NCBI GenBank assembly: GCA_951406725.2
Contig: OX597829.1
Location: forward strand, 27,590,001 to 27,654,000
Length of the DNA: 64,000 nucleotides
Direction: 5' to 3'
From: Octopus vulgaris
Taxonomy: Eukaryota
A program made the position numbers and the translations under genes. The notes under the pieces were generated by a model, which did no database searches, was not told the DNA's origin, and saw nothing but the letters and a program-made list of their open reading frames with translations. Of this stretch, positions 1 through 12,528 are shown in pieces. The number at the start of each line of letters is the position of its first letter. Position 1 is the stretch's first letter.

Positions 1-120
1 AGGGGACAAACAAGGACAGACAAACGGGTTAAGTCCATCGACCCCAGTGCGTAACTGGTACTTAATTTATCGACCCAGAAAGGATGAAAGGCAAAGTCGA
101 CCTCGGCGGAATTTGAACCC
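1..120 (-). mobile_element. SINE family B fragment (tRNA-derived head, Nin/Deu-like central domain)
   Basis: GGATGAAAGGCAAAGTCGACCTCGGCGGAATTTGAAC is the reverse complement of the B-box plus GCCTTTCATCC..GGGTCGATAAA domain found in many copies in this window. Confidence 0.75.
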
Positions 121-144
121 TCTATATAACATTGACATCTATAT

Positions 145-310
145 AGGCGCAGGCGTGGCTGTGTGGTAAGAAGCTTGCTCTCCAACCACATGGTTCCAGG
201 TTCTGTCCCACAGTGTGGTGCCTTCAGCACGTGTCTTCTACTATGACCTCAGGCCAACCAAAGCCTCGTGAGTGGATTCACTAGACAGAAACTAAAAGAA
301 GCCCATCATC
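145..310 (+). mobile_element. SINE family A, 5' half (tRNA head, CORE-like segment)
   Basis: GGCGCAGGCGTGGCTGTGTGGTAAG...GGTTC head; matches copies at 11944, 40813 and 44208. Confidence 0.75.
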
Positions 311-316
311 TATAAA

Positions 317-547
317 CAGGGTTGGCCAAAAGTCACCTGACAGTAAATCAAAACCATTTAATTCTCAAAATTTATTTATGTTTAACTGAATGAATTTAAT
401 AAAGCATCTAAATATGAAACATCATGAAAATTGTCCACACTGAAGTCATTCTTGAGCAACACCATTTTCCCAAATGAATAAATAAAATTGAATATTAAGT
501 ATTTATGGAATTTTGATATACTGTCGGGTGACTCTTGGCCAACCCTG
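317..547. mobile_element. Tc1/mariner-type MITE
   Basis: ~28-bp TIRs CAGGGGTTGGCCAAAAGTCACCTGACAGTA / TACTGTCGGGTGACTCTTGGCCAACCCTG; TA at the right end. Confidence 0.8.
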
Positions 548-597
548 TATATGTGTGCATTTGTGTGTATGTGTGTGTGTGTATATATATATATATA

Positions 598-785
598 CAG
601 GGAGAATTCACAAAAAAACAAAAGACAAAGACAGGTGGTATAGAAAACAAACAGATGTATTAGTATAACGCTCAGGAATTGAAAAAGTCTTTTACATTTT
701 GAGCCTGCGCTCTTCTACAGAAAGGGACACAGAAAAAAACAAGGAGAGAAGAAAAAAATGTGTGTAGTGGCTACCGATCTATCAT
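598..785 (-). mobile_element. Short Penelope-like terminal fragment with degenerate hammerhead motif
   Basis: Reverse-complement homolog of 39241-39423; minus strand CTGTAGA-A-GAGC-GCAG-GCTC-AAAA; abuts (TA)n. Confidence 0.6.
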
Positions 786-1145
786 TGCTATTATGTTAAA
801 CTGTTGTATGTCCAAATTTGGCCAAATACGTTTTTTTTTTTTTTTTTATCAAGATTTAATTTTGCTTTCAATAGCCGGTTCTTTTGGTATCTCCAGCTGC
901 TTCAGATGCCAAGATATAAAAATTGTCAAAGTGTAGTACGATGGTTTAGCATCTTTGAAAAGTGTAGTAAGTCCCACATACGAAAGTTTTTCAAAAAAGT
1001 ATTTCTAGCTGAAAATATCATACATGCATGGAGTTATGATTTTATGCACTCAACAAAGTATTATTGTTAAACTGAAACTGTTCCTAATGTAAAAAGAAAT
1101 GGAATGGTGAAACTATTTTTTTGTATTTTTCTATATATATGTAAA

Positions 1146-1814
1146 CTAGCAGTATTGCCCGGCGTTGCTCGGGTTTGTAAGGGAAATAACTATATAAGCA
1201 TTTTTAGAGAGTTATAAAAAATAGCAAAAAAATGCATTAAAAATGGAATAAAAAATGATGGTAATTTTTTTTTAAATCGTTGACTCATCGTAGACATTTT
1301 TAGAGAGTTTTTCCCTTATATAATAGCGAAAAAATGCATTAAAATGGAAAAAATGATGGTAATTTTTTTTTTAAATCGTAGACTCATCGTAGACGCTTTC
1401 TTAGCCATTTCTGTTTTGGTGTCTTCAAGCCATGAAGTCGTTGTTCTAAAAGAACGCTAGTCTCCTTGACAACGCTTTACGACGTTGATTTCCTTACACT
1501 CCCTTCCCCACAGCTTCACGAGGGAGGGAAGAAGGGGGAGAAGCAAACAGGTGCAGGTGTGACCATGGACACCAACTCCGCCGCCATCGACACACGAAAA
1601 ATTATGCATTAAAATGGAATAAAAAATGATGTTAAATTATTTTTAAAATCGTAGACTCATCATAGACGCGCGCTAATACTCAGACAAGCTCGATATGAAT
1701 CCCGACTATAAGATACCCGAATTTGGTTAAACTGCACCGCAAAATGTGGGAGTAGTTAGGAATCTAAATCGAAGGGGACAGACACTCACACAACTACAGT
1801 TTTATATATATAGA
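1146..1814 (-). mobile_element. Non-autonomous Helitron
   Basis: Minus strand starts TCTATATATATAAAA and ends with the CCCGAGCAACGCCGGG hairpin + CTAG; sits between A and T with no TSD; internal subrepeats; homologs at 42486 and 62816. Confidence 0.85.
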
Positions 1815-1815
1815 T

Positions 1816-1950
1816 ATAGAAAAATACAGTGTACATTTAAACACATAAGAGATGACCAATAATAGGACATCTGACTCACTAGAAAGAGCAGTCAGATGTC
1901 CTATTATTGATCATCTCTTATGTGTTTGAATGTACACTGTATTCTTCTAT
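1816..1950. repeat. Inverted repeat, ~61-bp arms, 13-nt loop
   Basis: 1816-1876 is the reverse complement of 1890-1950 with about 3 mismatches. Confidence 0.85.
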
Positions 1951-2054
1951 GAATAATGTATAGTCTATTGACTAAATTTTTCCTTCTCGCTAGACCACTG
2001 GTAACAAAGAATTTTTCTATAAATATTTTTGCTACCCTAAGATTTTTTAATTAA

Positions 2055-2090
<36 letters not shown>

Positions 2091-2092
<2 letters not shown>

Positions 2093-2168
2093 GCAAGTGT
2101 CTTCTACTATAGCCTCGGGCCGACCAAAGCCTTATGAGTGGATTTGGTAGACAGAAACTGAAAGAAGC

Positions 2169-2209
<41 letters not shown>

Positions 2210-2420
2210 GTGTGTTTGCGTGTCTGTGTTTGTCCCCCCCAACATCGCTTGACAACCGATGCTGGTGTGTTTACGTCCCCATTACTTAGCGGTTCGGCAA
2301 AAGAGAGCGATAGAATAAGTACTAGGCTTACAAAGAATAAGTCCTGGGGTCGATTTGCTAGACTAGAAAGGCGGTGCTCCAGCATGGCCACAGTCAAATG
2401 ACTGAAACAAGCAAAAGAGT
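2091..2420 (+). mobile_element. SINE family A (5'-truncated)
   Basis: GGGCAAGTGTCTTCTACTATAGCC...GAAACTGAAAGAAGCCC-(TA)n-...CAAATGACTGAAACAAG. Confidence 0.8.
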
Positions 2421-2458
2421 ATATATATATATATATTGTTGCTATAATACAAAAGCAA

Positions 2459-2813
2459 TACGTGACCATTCCTAAAGCATGAAAACCACTCATAAACTTG
2501 TGTTTTGCACATGGCAGAATTCTTGTAAGCTATTTGAAGTATGACAACTGTTTCAGCCACCATTTTCCCCAGCAATAAACAGAATTTCATGGAAGCATGC
2601 TGTTCCTTTGTTTCAGCCATCAGAAAAATTGACGAACAGGGGAGAAGCACTGCAAAACAAATATGCATCCAGGTGGCAGTACGATAAGAAATGTTGTCGG
2701 TCTGCAGACTGATGCCTGAGGGTTGCATCAAGTGGCTTCTAGCAGCAGAAGCCTGAACTACAATGGGTTTGTCCCATAGAGAACATTTCCAGTTACTTTT
2801 GGGTAGCCCCTTG
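2459..2813 (-). mobile_element. Mariner 5' fragment (TIR plus transposase N-terminal HTH remnant)
   Basis: MAETKEQHASMKFCLLLGKMVAETVVILQIAYKNSAMCKTQVYEWFSCFRNG (ATG at 2620) resembles mariner transposase N-termini; TIR-like TA-CAAGGGGCTACCCAAAAGT at 2813. Confidence 0.8.
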
Positions 2814-3655
2814 TATAACCTTCACTCAGAATTCCCCTGTTATTTTTTATATAACCCTTAATGTTCCTCTCCACCTTCTTTTCAACATAACATTCAATTA
2901 CCCTTTAGCATTTAAACCAGCCATATCAAGCCCCTGTATTCTACATGTTTATGTTCAAACTGACTAGATTCAGCCTCTCACACCTACTATACAATGTCAT
3001 TCTAAAAATATACAATCACATCATTGAAATTTTGGCACTATGAGATAATACATAGTTAATTCAAACCAATTTAAATGATAAACATTATATTTTTCTATAA
3101 AACCTTCACTTAAGTGTCCACCCTCTCTTTCCCTTTCTATGTAACCATCATTCATTCGTCCTTTCCCTTCCATTTCTAAATAACTTTCATTGTGGTCTCT
3201 ATCTCATTTATTTTCCATATAACATTCAGTTAAAATTCTTCTTCCATTTCATTCTCTGTGTAACCTACCCTTTGGGTTTTTCCTCACTTTCTTTTTTCTA
3301 TATAACCATCAGTTAGGTTCTCATTCCCCTTCTTATTCTACACAACCTTCCCTTAACATCTTCTTACACCTTCCCTTTCTATATAACTTTCAGAAAATGT
3401 TCTTCTTCTATCTTGTTTCCTATATAACCTTCACTCAATGATCTCACATTTATTTCCTACATAACATTCACTTAATGATCTCTTTCCTATACATTTTGCA
3501 TATAACCTTCACTCAGTTTTCTCCCTCAACTTCCATTTCTATATAACCATCATTTAATGCTCTCCTTTTCTTTCAATGTCTATATAACCATCACTTTTCC
3601 TCCCCTACACTCATTATTCCCCCTTCCCGTTCATTTCTATATAACATTCACTCAC
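2814..3655 (+). repeat. Degenerate pyrimidine-rich satellite, ~40-bp unit (TTCTATATAACCTTCACT variant)
   Basis: Core motif recurs about every 40 bp; interrupted by a TTAA-type MITE remnant near 2900-3090. Confidence 0.8.
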
Positions 3656-3667
3656 CCCCTTTGGTTA

Positions 3668-4020
3668 ATGCTTAATGGTACTTCACCCATCACTACGTGT
3701 TCTGAGTTCAAATTCCACTGAGGTCAAATTTGCCTTTCACCCTCTCAGGGTCAATAAATTAAGCACTAGCGAAACACTGGTCAATGCAATTGACTAGCCC
3801 CCTCCCCCAAAACTTCAAGCCTTGTACCCAGAGTAGAAAGGATTATTATCATTATTATTAAGGTAGCAAGCTGACAGAGTTGTTAGCTTGTTAATCAAAA
3901 TGCTTAGCAGTATTTCATCCATATTTACATTCTGAGTTGTACCAGTTGACTACTGGGACAAATGTAATTGACATATCCCTACCCAAAAAAGTCAGGCCTT
4001 GTGCCAAAATTCAAAAGGAA
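3668..4020 (+). mobile_element. Two tandem SINE family B copies
   Basis: GTTCTGAGTTCAAATTCC B-box, Nin/Deu-like domain, (ATT)n linker. Confidence 0.75.
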
Positions 4021-4021
4021 T

Positions 4022-4893
4022 ATTAAATGAAGGTAGTATAGGAAAGGAAGTGGATTATAACACTGAGTGAAGATTACATAGGAAATAAAGGTGAAGGGAA
4101 ACATTAAGTGATGGTTACATTGTGGAGGAAGAACATGGAGAACATTAAATGAAGGCTACATGGAAAAGAAAGGGGAGGGAAAAGACTGAGTGGATGTTTT
4201 GTAGAAAATGAACAGAAAGGAGGTTACTGATTGAATAGTATATAGAAGTTGAAGTGTGAGGAGAAAATTATGTGATGGTTATATAGAGGAAAAGGTGAAG
4301 GGAGAACTCTGAATGCAAGTTATATAGGAAAAGAAGGGGAGGAAGAACACTGAAGGAAGGTTATATAGAAAATAAAGGCGAGGGAAAACACTAAGTGAAG
4401 GTTATATAGAAAATAAATAGGTGGGAGAATATTAAGTGAAGGTTATGTAGAAAAGGAAAGAGAGGTAGATCCCTAAAGGAAGGTTATATAGAAAATAAAT
4501 AGGAGGGAGATCACTGAGTGGAGGATATATATAGGAAAGGAGAGGAGGGGACCATTAAGTTTAGTTTGTATAAAAGAGCAATGGGTGGGAAAACACTGAA
4601 TAAAGTTTATATAGAAAATAAAGGGTGAGGAGAATATTAAATGAAGGTTGTATAGAAAAGGAAGGGGAAAGCGATCCATAAATGATGGTAAGGGGAGAGA
4701 AATCCATAAATGATGGTTATAGACAGGAACAAATGGAAGAAGGAAAGTAACAGTGATGGTTATATAGAAATGGCAGGGAAGAGAGATCCCTGATTGATGC
4801 TTTTGGAGGAAAACAAATTGTATGGAAAACACTAAGGAAGACTATATAGAAAAGGAAAAGAGTAGAGAACACTAAATGCAGGTTATATGCAAA
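4022..4893 (-). repeat. Inverted block of the same satellite (purine-rich on +)
   Basis: Repeated AGTGAAGGTTATATAGAA is the reverse complement of the unit core. Confidence 0.85.
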
Positions 4894-4895
4894 AA

Positions 4896-5036
4896 GACTG
4901 GTGTTTCACTGGTGCTTAATTTATTGACCCTGAGAGGATGAAAGGTAAATTTGACCTGAGTGGAATTTGAACTCAGAACATGTAGTGATGGGTGAAATAC
5001 CACAAAGTATTTTACCTATTCTGCCAGCTTGCTGCC

Positions 5037-5037
<1 letters not shown>
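4896..5037 (-). mobile_element. SINE family B head and core
   Basis: Reverse complement of 3680-3782, with shared diagnostic variants. Confidence 0.8.
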
Positions 5038-5088
<51 letters not shown>

Positions 5089-5089
<1 letters not shown>

Positions 5090-5948
5090 GCTGAGGAGGG
5101 AAACAGAAAGTTTGCTAGCTGCATAAGATCAAGCATTAAGGACTAATTGGATAAAAGCCAAGGAAATTCCCAATATAAATTATGTAAATCAAAAGAGGAA
5201 AGCATCACTCATATAGTAAGTGAATGTAGCGTGCCGGCAAAGAAAGAATACAATAAAAGACGTGACAATCTAGGGTGAGCAATCTGCTGGAAGCTATGTA
5301 GAAAGCTAAGATTTGAATGTACTGATAAATAGTCTGAACATGAACCTAGTAAAGTAGTAGAAAGTAAGAAGTACAAGATGCTGTGGGACTTTAACATTCA
5401 GACTGAAAGAGTAATAGAAATCAGGCTATCTAGCCTGATTTCATAGTAGTAGATAAAGACAATAGAAAGTGCCAGATAATTGACTTTACAGTCCCAAATG
5501 ATGAAAAAATTAATATGAGAAGAATAGAAGAATTAGCAAAGTACCAAGATATAACCATTGAATTACAGAGTCTATGGAAAGTGCTGGTAAAATGTATCCC
5601 AATATAGGTGCATTGAGAACTATACCTAAAGATTTGAACAGATAGATAGTGGAAATAGGCATAAAACCCAGTTTTGTACAGCTCCAGAAAACAGCATTAT
5701 TAGGGACAGCTAGGATACTTAGGAGGGTTCTTGGCATCTAAGGTTACTTGCTGTAGACTGATGTTAGGATTCTTTTCTTTTCCAAGTCTAATCTGTTGAG
5801 TGTATTTGAATAAAGATAACAGTGTTATTAGGGAGAGCTAGAATACTTAAGAGGGTTCTTGGCACCTAAGGTAACTTGTAGCCCAATGTTAGGATTTTTT
5901 TTTCTTTTCCAACAATCCACAGTCTAATCTGTTATGTGTATATGAAAA
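5089..5948 (+). mobile_element. 5'-truncated R4/Dong-type non-LTR retrotransposon (zinc-knuckle remnant plus restriction-like endonuclease), pseudogenised
   Basis: Frameshifted translation LCKSKEESITHIVSEC..KKEYNKRRDN..WKLCRK..LWDFNIQTERVIE..PDFIVVDKDNRKCQIIDFTVP..KYQD..QLQKTALLGTARILRRVLGI* (stop 5739-5741); flanked by (TAA)n. Confidence 0.85.
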
Positions 5949-5984
5949 TAATAATGATGATGATAATGATAACAATAATAATAA

Positions 5985-6175
5985 TGGTTTCGTATTTTGG
6001 CACAAGGCCAGCAATTTCAGGAATTCAATTACATCGACCCCAGTGCTCAACTGGTACTTATTTCATTGATCCTGAAGGTCAACCTCAATGCAAGTTGAAC
6101 TCAGTATGTAAAAGCAGATGAAATGCCACTAATCATTTTGTCCGATATGCTAATGATTCTGCCAATTTGCTGCCT
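5985..6175 (-). mobile_element. SINE family B, degraded
   Basis: GGCACAAGGCC...CATCGACCCCAGT...TGAACTCAG. Confidence 0.65.
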
Positions 6176-6189
6176 ACCTTCAGCTAATA

Positions 6190-6660
6190 TATTATCCTTG
6201 AACCCCATTTCCATATAACTTCCATGTAGTGTTCTTTCCTCCTCTCCATTGCATTTCTATAAAAATCTTTACGCAATAATCTCCTTCTAGTGTAGTTTTT
6301 GTATAAACTTCACTTAATGTCTCTCTCAATATCTGTATAAGCTTCAGTCAGTGACCTCCCACCTATTCAGTGTTCTCCTGCCACCCCCTTCTTGTTTTTT
6401 ATCTATATACTTTACTTTAGGTTCTCTCCCCACCTTTCATGTAACCTTTTACTTGATGTTCTCTCTCCTTTTCATTTTCTATTTATCATTCACTTCAGAT
6501 TATACTCGACATCCTTACTTAATGTTCTCCCTTCTCTTAGTGTTCTTTCTCCCTGTCATTTTTCTATATAACCTTTCTTTTAGGGTCCTTATTCTCCATT
6601 CTTTTCAATATAACATTCACTTAATTTTCTCTCTCCCTTTTCTTTTCTATATACCATCAA
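6190..6660 (+). repeat. Satellite block (continuation)
   Basis: Degenerate TATAAC(C/T)TTCACT units. Confidence 0.7.
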
Positions 6661-6699
6661 CATCAAAATAAAAATCAATTGGAAATTGTATTTGTGATA

Positions 6700-7010
6700 C
6701 CCAAGCCTGTGGCACATAAAAAGCACCATCTGAACGTGGCCAATGCCAGCGCCGCCTTGACTGGCAGCCATGCCGGTGACACATAAAAAACACCAACCAA
6801 TTGTGGCCGTTGCTAGCTTCCTCTGGCCCTTGTGCTGGTGGCACATAAAAAGCACCCACTACAGTCACAGAGTGGTTGGCATTAGGAAGGGCATCCAGCT
6901 GTAGAAACACTGCCAGATCAGACTGGAGCCTGGTGCAGCCTCCTGGCTTCCCAGATCCCAGTCAAACCATCCAACCCATGCTAGCATGGAAAACGGACGT
7001 TAAACAATGA
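6700..7010 (+). mobile_element. SINE/LINE 3' portion with RTE-like tail and internal subrepeats
   Basis: TGGCACATAAAAAGCACC subrepeats; ends CCAACCCATGCTAGCATGGAAAACGGACGTTAAAC-(GAT)n; other copies at 10510-10590, 17540-18060 (-) and ~22660. Confidence 0.65.
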
Positions 7011-7014
7011 TGAT

Positions 7015-7248
7015 ATCTATTTCTTTACTACCCACAAGGGGCTGTCCACAGAGAGGACAAACACGGACAGACAAACGGATTAAGTCGATTATATCGACCC
7101 CAGTGCATAACTGGTACTTATTTAATTGACCCCGAAAGGATGAAAGGCAAAGTCGACCTCGGTGGAATTTGAACTCAGAACGTAACGGCAGACGAAATAC
7201 GGCTACGCATTTCACCCGGCGTGCTAACGTTTCTGCCAGCTCGCCGCC
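7015..7248 (-). mobile_element. SINE family B, near full length
   Basis: Well-preserved head GGCGGCGAGCTGGCAGAAACG on the minus strand. Confidence 0.85.
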
Positions 7249-7261
7249 AAACAATGATGAT

Positions 7262-10200
7262 ACCATTCACTCAATGATCTCCCTCATGTTTATTTTCTAT
7301 ATAACTTGCACTCAGTATTTCCCCACCACTTCCTTTTTCATATAACCTTTGCTCAATATTCATCCCTCCTCTTTATCTAGTTAACCTTCCCTTCACTTTT
7401 TCCCCAACCTTCTTTTCAATATAACTTTCACTGAATGTTCTCCTTAACATTCTTTCCCATGTAACCTTTAGTCAGTGTTCTCCCTCCCCTTCCTTTTCTA
7501 TATAACCTTCAGTAAATGATCTACCACCCATTCTTGTTCTATATACTCTTCATTCATTCTCCCTACCCTTCCCTCTTTATGTAACTATCACTTATTATTC
7601 TCCCTTCTCTTCCATTTCTATATAACCTACCCACGGTGATCTTCCTCTCATTTATTTTCATATAACCTTCACTTAATATTCTCCTCCTTCATTATTTGCT
7701 ATATAACCCTCACTCAGTGAGGGTTCTTTTTCAAAATAACTTTCATTAATAATTTCCTCCCACTTCATTTTCTATATAACCTTTACTCAGTGTTCTCCCT
7801 GCCTTTCATTTTTTATATAACCTTCACTTAGTGTTCTCCCATCCCTTCCATTTCTATATAACCATCAGAGAGTATCCTATTTAAACTTCACTCAGTGTTC
7901 TATCCTACCATTTCTATATAACCTTCAATCAGTGAATTTCCCTGCTTTCATTTTCTATGCAACCTTCAATCAGAGTTCTTCTCCCGACTTTTTTGTATAT
8001 TACCTTCACTTTGCTTTCTCCCCTGCTTCATTCATTCAGAGGTCTTTCTTCCATTCTTTTCAAAATAAACTTCTGTCAGTTCTATTTAACCTGCATTTAG
8101 CATTCTCCATTGCCTTCATTTTCTGTGCAACCTTCACTTTGGCTCTCCTCCACCTTCCTTTTCTATAAAACTTTCACTCAGATTTCTTCTTTCCTTTCCT
8201 TTTTCTATATAAACTTCACTTAGAGTTCTATTCTTTTAGTCAGATTTCACCCTCTCCTTTTTCATCAATATTAACTTTACCCATTATTCTCCCACCCCTT
8301 CTTCCATATTACCTTTACTCACTATTCTCCAAGCTCCTTCCACTTCTTTTTAACCTTCACTCAGTTTTCTTCCTCCCATTCCTCCTCTATATTACCTTCA
8401 CTCGTTATTCTCCCTACCATTCATCACTTCTATTATCTTCACGCAGAAATCTCACTTTGCTTCTATATTACTTTCACTGAGAATTCTTCCCTACCCCTTC
8501 CTCTTCTATATAATCTTCTCTCAGTAATCTCCCTCTACTTTTTCATCTATATTATGTTCACTCTCCTTCTCTTTCTTCATCTGTTACCTTCACTTCGTAT
8601 TCTCTCTTCCCTTCTTCTTTTATATTACCTTCCCCCAGTATTCTCCTCTTTTGTCTTCAATATTACCTTCACTCTCTACTGTCATTCCCCACCCTCTTCT
8701 ATATTACCTTCACTCACTATTCTCCCTCCAATTCCCTTTCTGTATTACCATCACACAGTATTCTCTCACTTCTTCTATATTACCTTCACTCAGTATACTC
8801 CCGCTCCTTCCCCTTCACTCTCAGTATTCTCACCCCATTTACTTTTCTATATTACCTTCAATCGTTATTCTCCTCCTCTCCACTCTTCTGTATTACTTAC
8901 ACTCAGTATTCTCCCTTGCCTTCCTCTTCCATATTGCCATCACTCAGTATACTCCCTCCCATTCCTCTCATATATAACCTTCACATTTTTACTCCTTCTA
9001 TATTATCTTCACTCAATATTCTCCTCCTCCTTTCCTCTTCTATATATCATCCTCACTCAATATTCTTCCTCCCCTTCCTCTTCTATTTATTCGATATTCT
9101 CCCTCCACTTCCTCTTTTATATTACAGTAAACTCATTTTTCCCTCCTTTTCCTCTTCTGTACTACTTGCACTCAGTATTCTTCTTCCTTCTCTTCAATAT
9201 TGCCTTATCTCAGTATTCTCCTCGCCACCATTTACTTATCATTACCTTTCCCTTCTTCTTCTATATAACATCCACTTAGTAATCTCCCTTGCCCTCCTCC
9301 TCTATATTATCTGCACTCAGCTTTCTCCCTCTGCCCTCCCCTCTATACTACCTGCACTCAGTATTTTTCCTCTCCTTTATTACCTTCACTCAGTATTCTC
9401 TTTCCACTTTTATATTAACTTTACCAGAATTCTCCATTCCCTTCTTCCATATTACTTTCACTCAGGATTCTCCCTGATGTTCCTCTTCTTTATTCCATTC
9501 GTTCATTTTTCTCCCTACCTTTCATCTTCTTTATTACTGTCACTCAGTATTCTCCTGCCACTTCTATATTACCTTCACTCAGAATTCTCCCTCCACTTCC
9601 TCTTCTACATCACCATCACACAGTAATCTGCTTCCTGCCCTATTTCTACATTACCTTCACTCAGTACTCTCCCTCCCATTTCTCTTCAATCAGTATTCTC
9701 CCTCTACTTCCTCATCTATATTACCTTCACTCGAAATTCTCCCTCCTTCCTCCTCTATATTACTTTCCCCCAGTATTCTCTCTCACCTTTGTCTTCTACA
9801 TAATCTCACTCAGTATTCTCCCCACTCCACTTCCTCTATATTACCTTCACTCATTTTCTCCCTCCCTTTCATCTTCAGTATCACCTTCACTCAGTATTCT
9901 CACTCCCACCCTTCTATATTGCCTTCCCTTTGTATTCTTCTGACTCTTCCTCATCAATATTACCTACACTCAGTACTCTCCATCCCTTCGTCTTTTATAT
10001 GATTTTTCTCAGTCTTCTCCTACACCTTCCCTCAGCATTCTCATGCCTTCACTTATTCTCTCTACCCTTCCTTTTTTTATATTACCTTCACTCAGTATTC
10101 TCCCTACCCATACTATTCTATATCATCTTCCCCCAATATTCTCTCCACTTTTTTCTTCTTTCTTTACTTAGTATTCTCCCTACCCTTCCTCCTTTATATT

Positions 10201-11636
10201 AACTTTACACATTCTTCTTCCTCTCCCCCTCTTCTATATTACCTGCAATCTGTATACTCCTTCCCTTTCCCCTTTTATATCACCTTCACTCAGTATTCTT
10301 GCTGCCCTTCCTCTTCTATATTACCGTAAATCCTCAAGTATAGTCAGTCCTTGAGTATAATACACAGGGGATTTTTAGGGGGCTATACCTCTGAAAAACC
10401 TAAACCTTGTGTATAATACTTAAGTCTAACTTAAGTCAAGGCGGTCTATATAACGTCCTTGGTTTGTAAAAATGTATACAGTAACATCCTTTATTATTAT
10501 TGTATTGGATGGTTCAGACCCCAGTAGAACCGTCCAACCCATGCTAGCATGGAAAACGGACGCTAAACGATGATGATGATGATGATGATATAACATAATA
10601 CAAACGTGTAGCTTTTTTGTGCATTTTGTTTGCAGAAAATAAAGAAATAACAGTAATAACATTTAATAAATGTTGCGTATTGCAAGTTATGGATGATTCT
10701 TTTATGACTTCATTGCTTTCAGGCTTAGATTAAGGTATTTTCACGCCTGACATCACAAAATGCGTGAGAATAAACATTGCCGGACAGCAAATAGAGACTC
10801 GGACAGTGCTAAGAAAATAATTTTCATTTTTATATAGTACGCACTAGGGATTTTGACCTTTAAATTTTAGGTAAAAAATGTGGATTATACTCAAGGATTT
10901 ACGGTACTTTCATTATTTCTTTCCCTCCTGATTCTCTTCTATTTTACCTTCACTCAGTTTTCTTCTTCCCCTTTCCCTTTCTGTATCACATTCACTTATT
11001 ATTCTCCCCCCCCCCCGTACTGCTTTATTTTACCTTTACACATTTTTCTCCTTATTTTTCCTCTTCTTTATTTACATCCCCCCAGCATTCTCCCACTCCT
11101 TTGTCTTCTATATTATCATCACAGTATTCTCCCCCCCTCCTCTTCTCTATAATTTCCCCTCTTCTTCTGTATTACCTTTACTCAGTAGTCTTCCTCCCAT
11201 TCTTCTATATCCCCTCCACTCAGTATTCTCCCTCCCCTTCCACTTCTATATAACCTTCATTCAGCATTCTCCTTCTCCACCCTCTTCTATATCACCTCCA
11301 CTCATTATTCTCCCTCTCCTTACTCTTCTATATTACCTTCACTTAGTATTCTTCCTCCTGTTCCTCTTCTGAATTACTTTCATTCATTATTCTTCCTCAC
11401 CCCACTCTTATATATTAAGTCTTCACTCATCATACCCCTCCTTTCTCTCTAAAACACCTTCACTCATATACTCCCTAACCTTCCTCTTCTATATTACCTT
11501 CACTTAGTATTCTCCCACCACCACCACCACGCCTTTATCTATACGACCTTCACAGTATGTTTTTCTTTTCCCTTCTTTTATATAACCTTCCCCTAGGATT
11601 TTTCATTTTCTTCCTTTTCTATATCTTCATTTAGAC
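7262..11636 (+). repeat. Main satellite block, ~39-41-bp unit TTCTATATTACCTTCACTCAGTATTCTCCCTCCCCTTCCTC
   Basis: Dozens of degenerate units; interrupted by the MITE at 10324-10904. Confidence 0.9.
10324..10904. mobile_element. Tc1/mariner/pogo-type MITE with a nested SINE tail
   Basis: TA-CCGTAAATCCTCAAGTATAGTC ... GATTATACTCAAGGATTTACGG-TA TIRs with TA TSD. Confidence 0.85.
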
Positions 11637-11910
11637 CAGTGGCTGTCAACTGGGGTCCACATGACCTTTGGGTGTCCATAGAAGATTCTGTTCTTAAAAT
11701 CTGTCAACTGGGGTCCACATGACCTTTGGGTGTCCATAGAAGATTCTGTTCTTAAAATCTATGTGCAATAATTTGATTATATTTCTACAGTATACAAAAT
11801 ATTTTAAACAATTATTTTTACACAATTCCTAATATTTAATTATAAAAACATAAGGTTAATCTTTGATTGGCTAGGAGGGTCTATAGGTAAAAAATGGTTG
11901 AGAACCACTG
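11637..11910. mobile_element. hAT (Charlie/Buster-type) MITE
   Basis: TIRs CAGTGGCTGTCAAC / GTTGAGAACCACTG; degenerate 8-bp TSD ATTTAGAC/ATTTAGGT; internal ~58-bp tandem duplication; relative at 43719. Confidence 0.8.
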
Positions 11911-11943
11911 ATTTAGGTCATTCTGTATTTTTTCTTAATGATA

Positions 11944-12350
11944 GGTGTAGAAGTGGCAGTGTGGTAAGTAGCTTGCTTACCAAACACATGGTTCTAGGTT
12001 CAGTTCCACTGCATGGCACCTTGCGCAAGTGTCTTCTACTATAGCCTCAGGTCGACCAAAGCCTTGTGAGTGGATTTGGTAGACGGAAACTAAAAGAAGC
12101 CCATCGTATATATGTATATATATATATATATATGTACGTATGTGGATATGTTTGTGTGTCTGTGTTTGTCCCTCCAACATCACTTGACAACTGATGCTGG
12201 TGTGTTTACGTCCCTGTAACTTAGTGGTTCGGCAAAAGAGATCGATAAAATAAGTACTAGGCTTACAAAGAACAAGTCAACTGATTTGTTCGACTAAAGA
12301 CGGTGCTACAGCATGGCCACAGTCACATGACTGAAACAAGTCAAATAGTA
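11944..12350 (+). mobile_element. SINE family A, full length
   Basis: Head, CORE-like GCACCTTG(C/G)GCAAGTGTCTT, central (TA)n, 3' tail. Confidence 0.85.
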
Positions 12351-12528
12351 AAGAGAGAGAGTATATAATCCAGTGTTTGGTTTTCTCATGTCTACATGAT
12401 TGGATCATGGATCTCATTGGATCATGGATCTGCCATTCATGGATCTCATTCCACTTCTGTCTTCATAATTTTGATTCAGTGTTTTCCCACATGTTCTCTG
12501 TGCATATACTTTTTCTCAGTATATTCTT

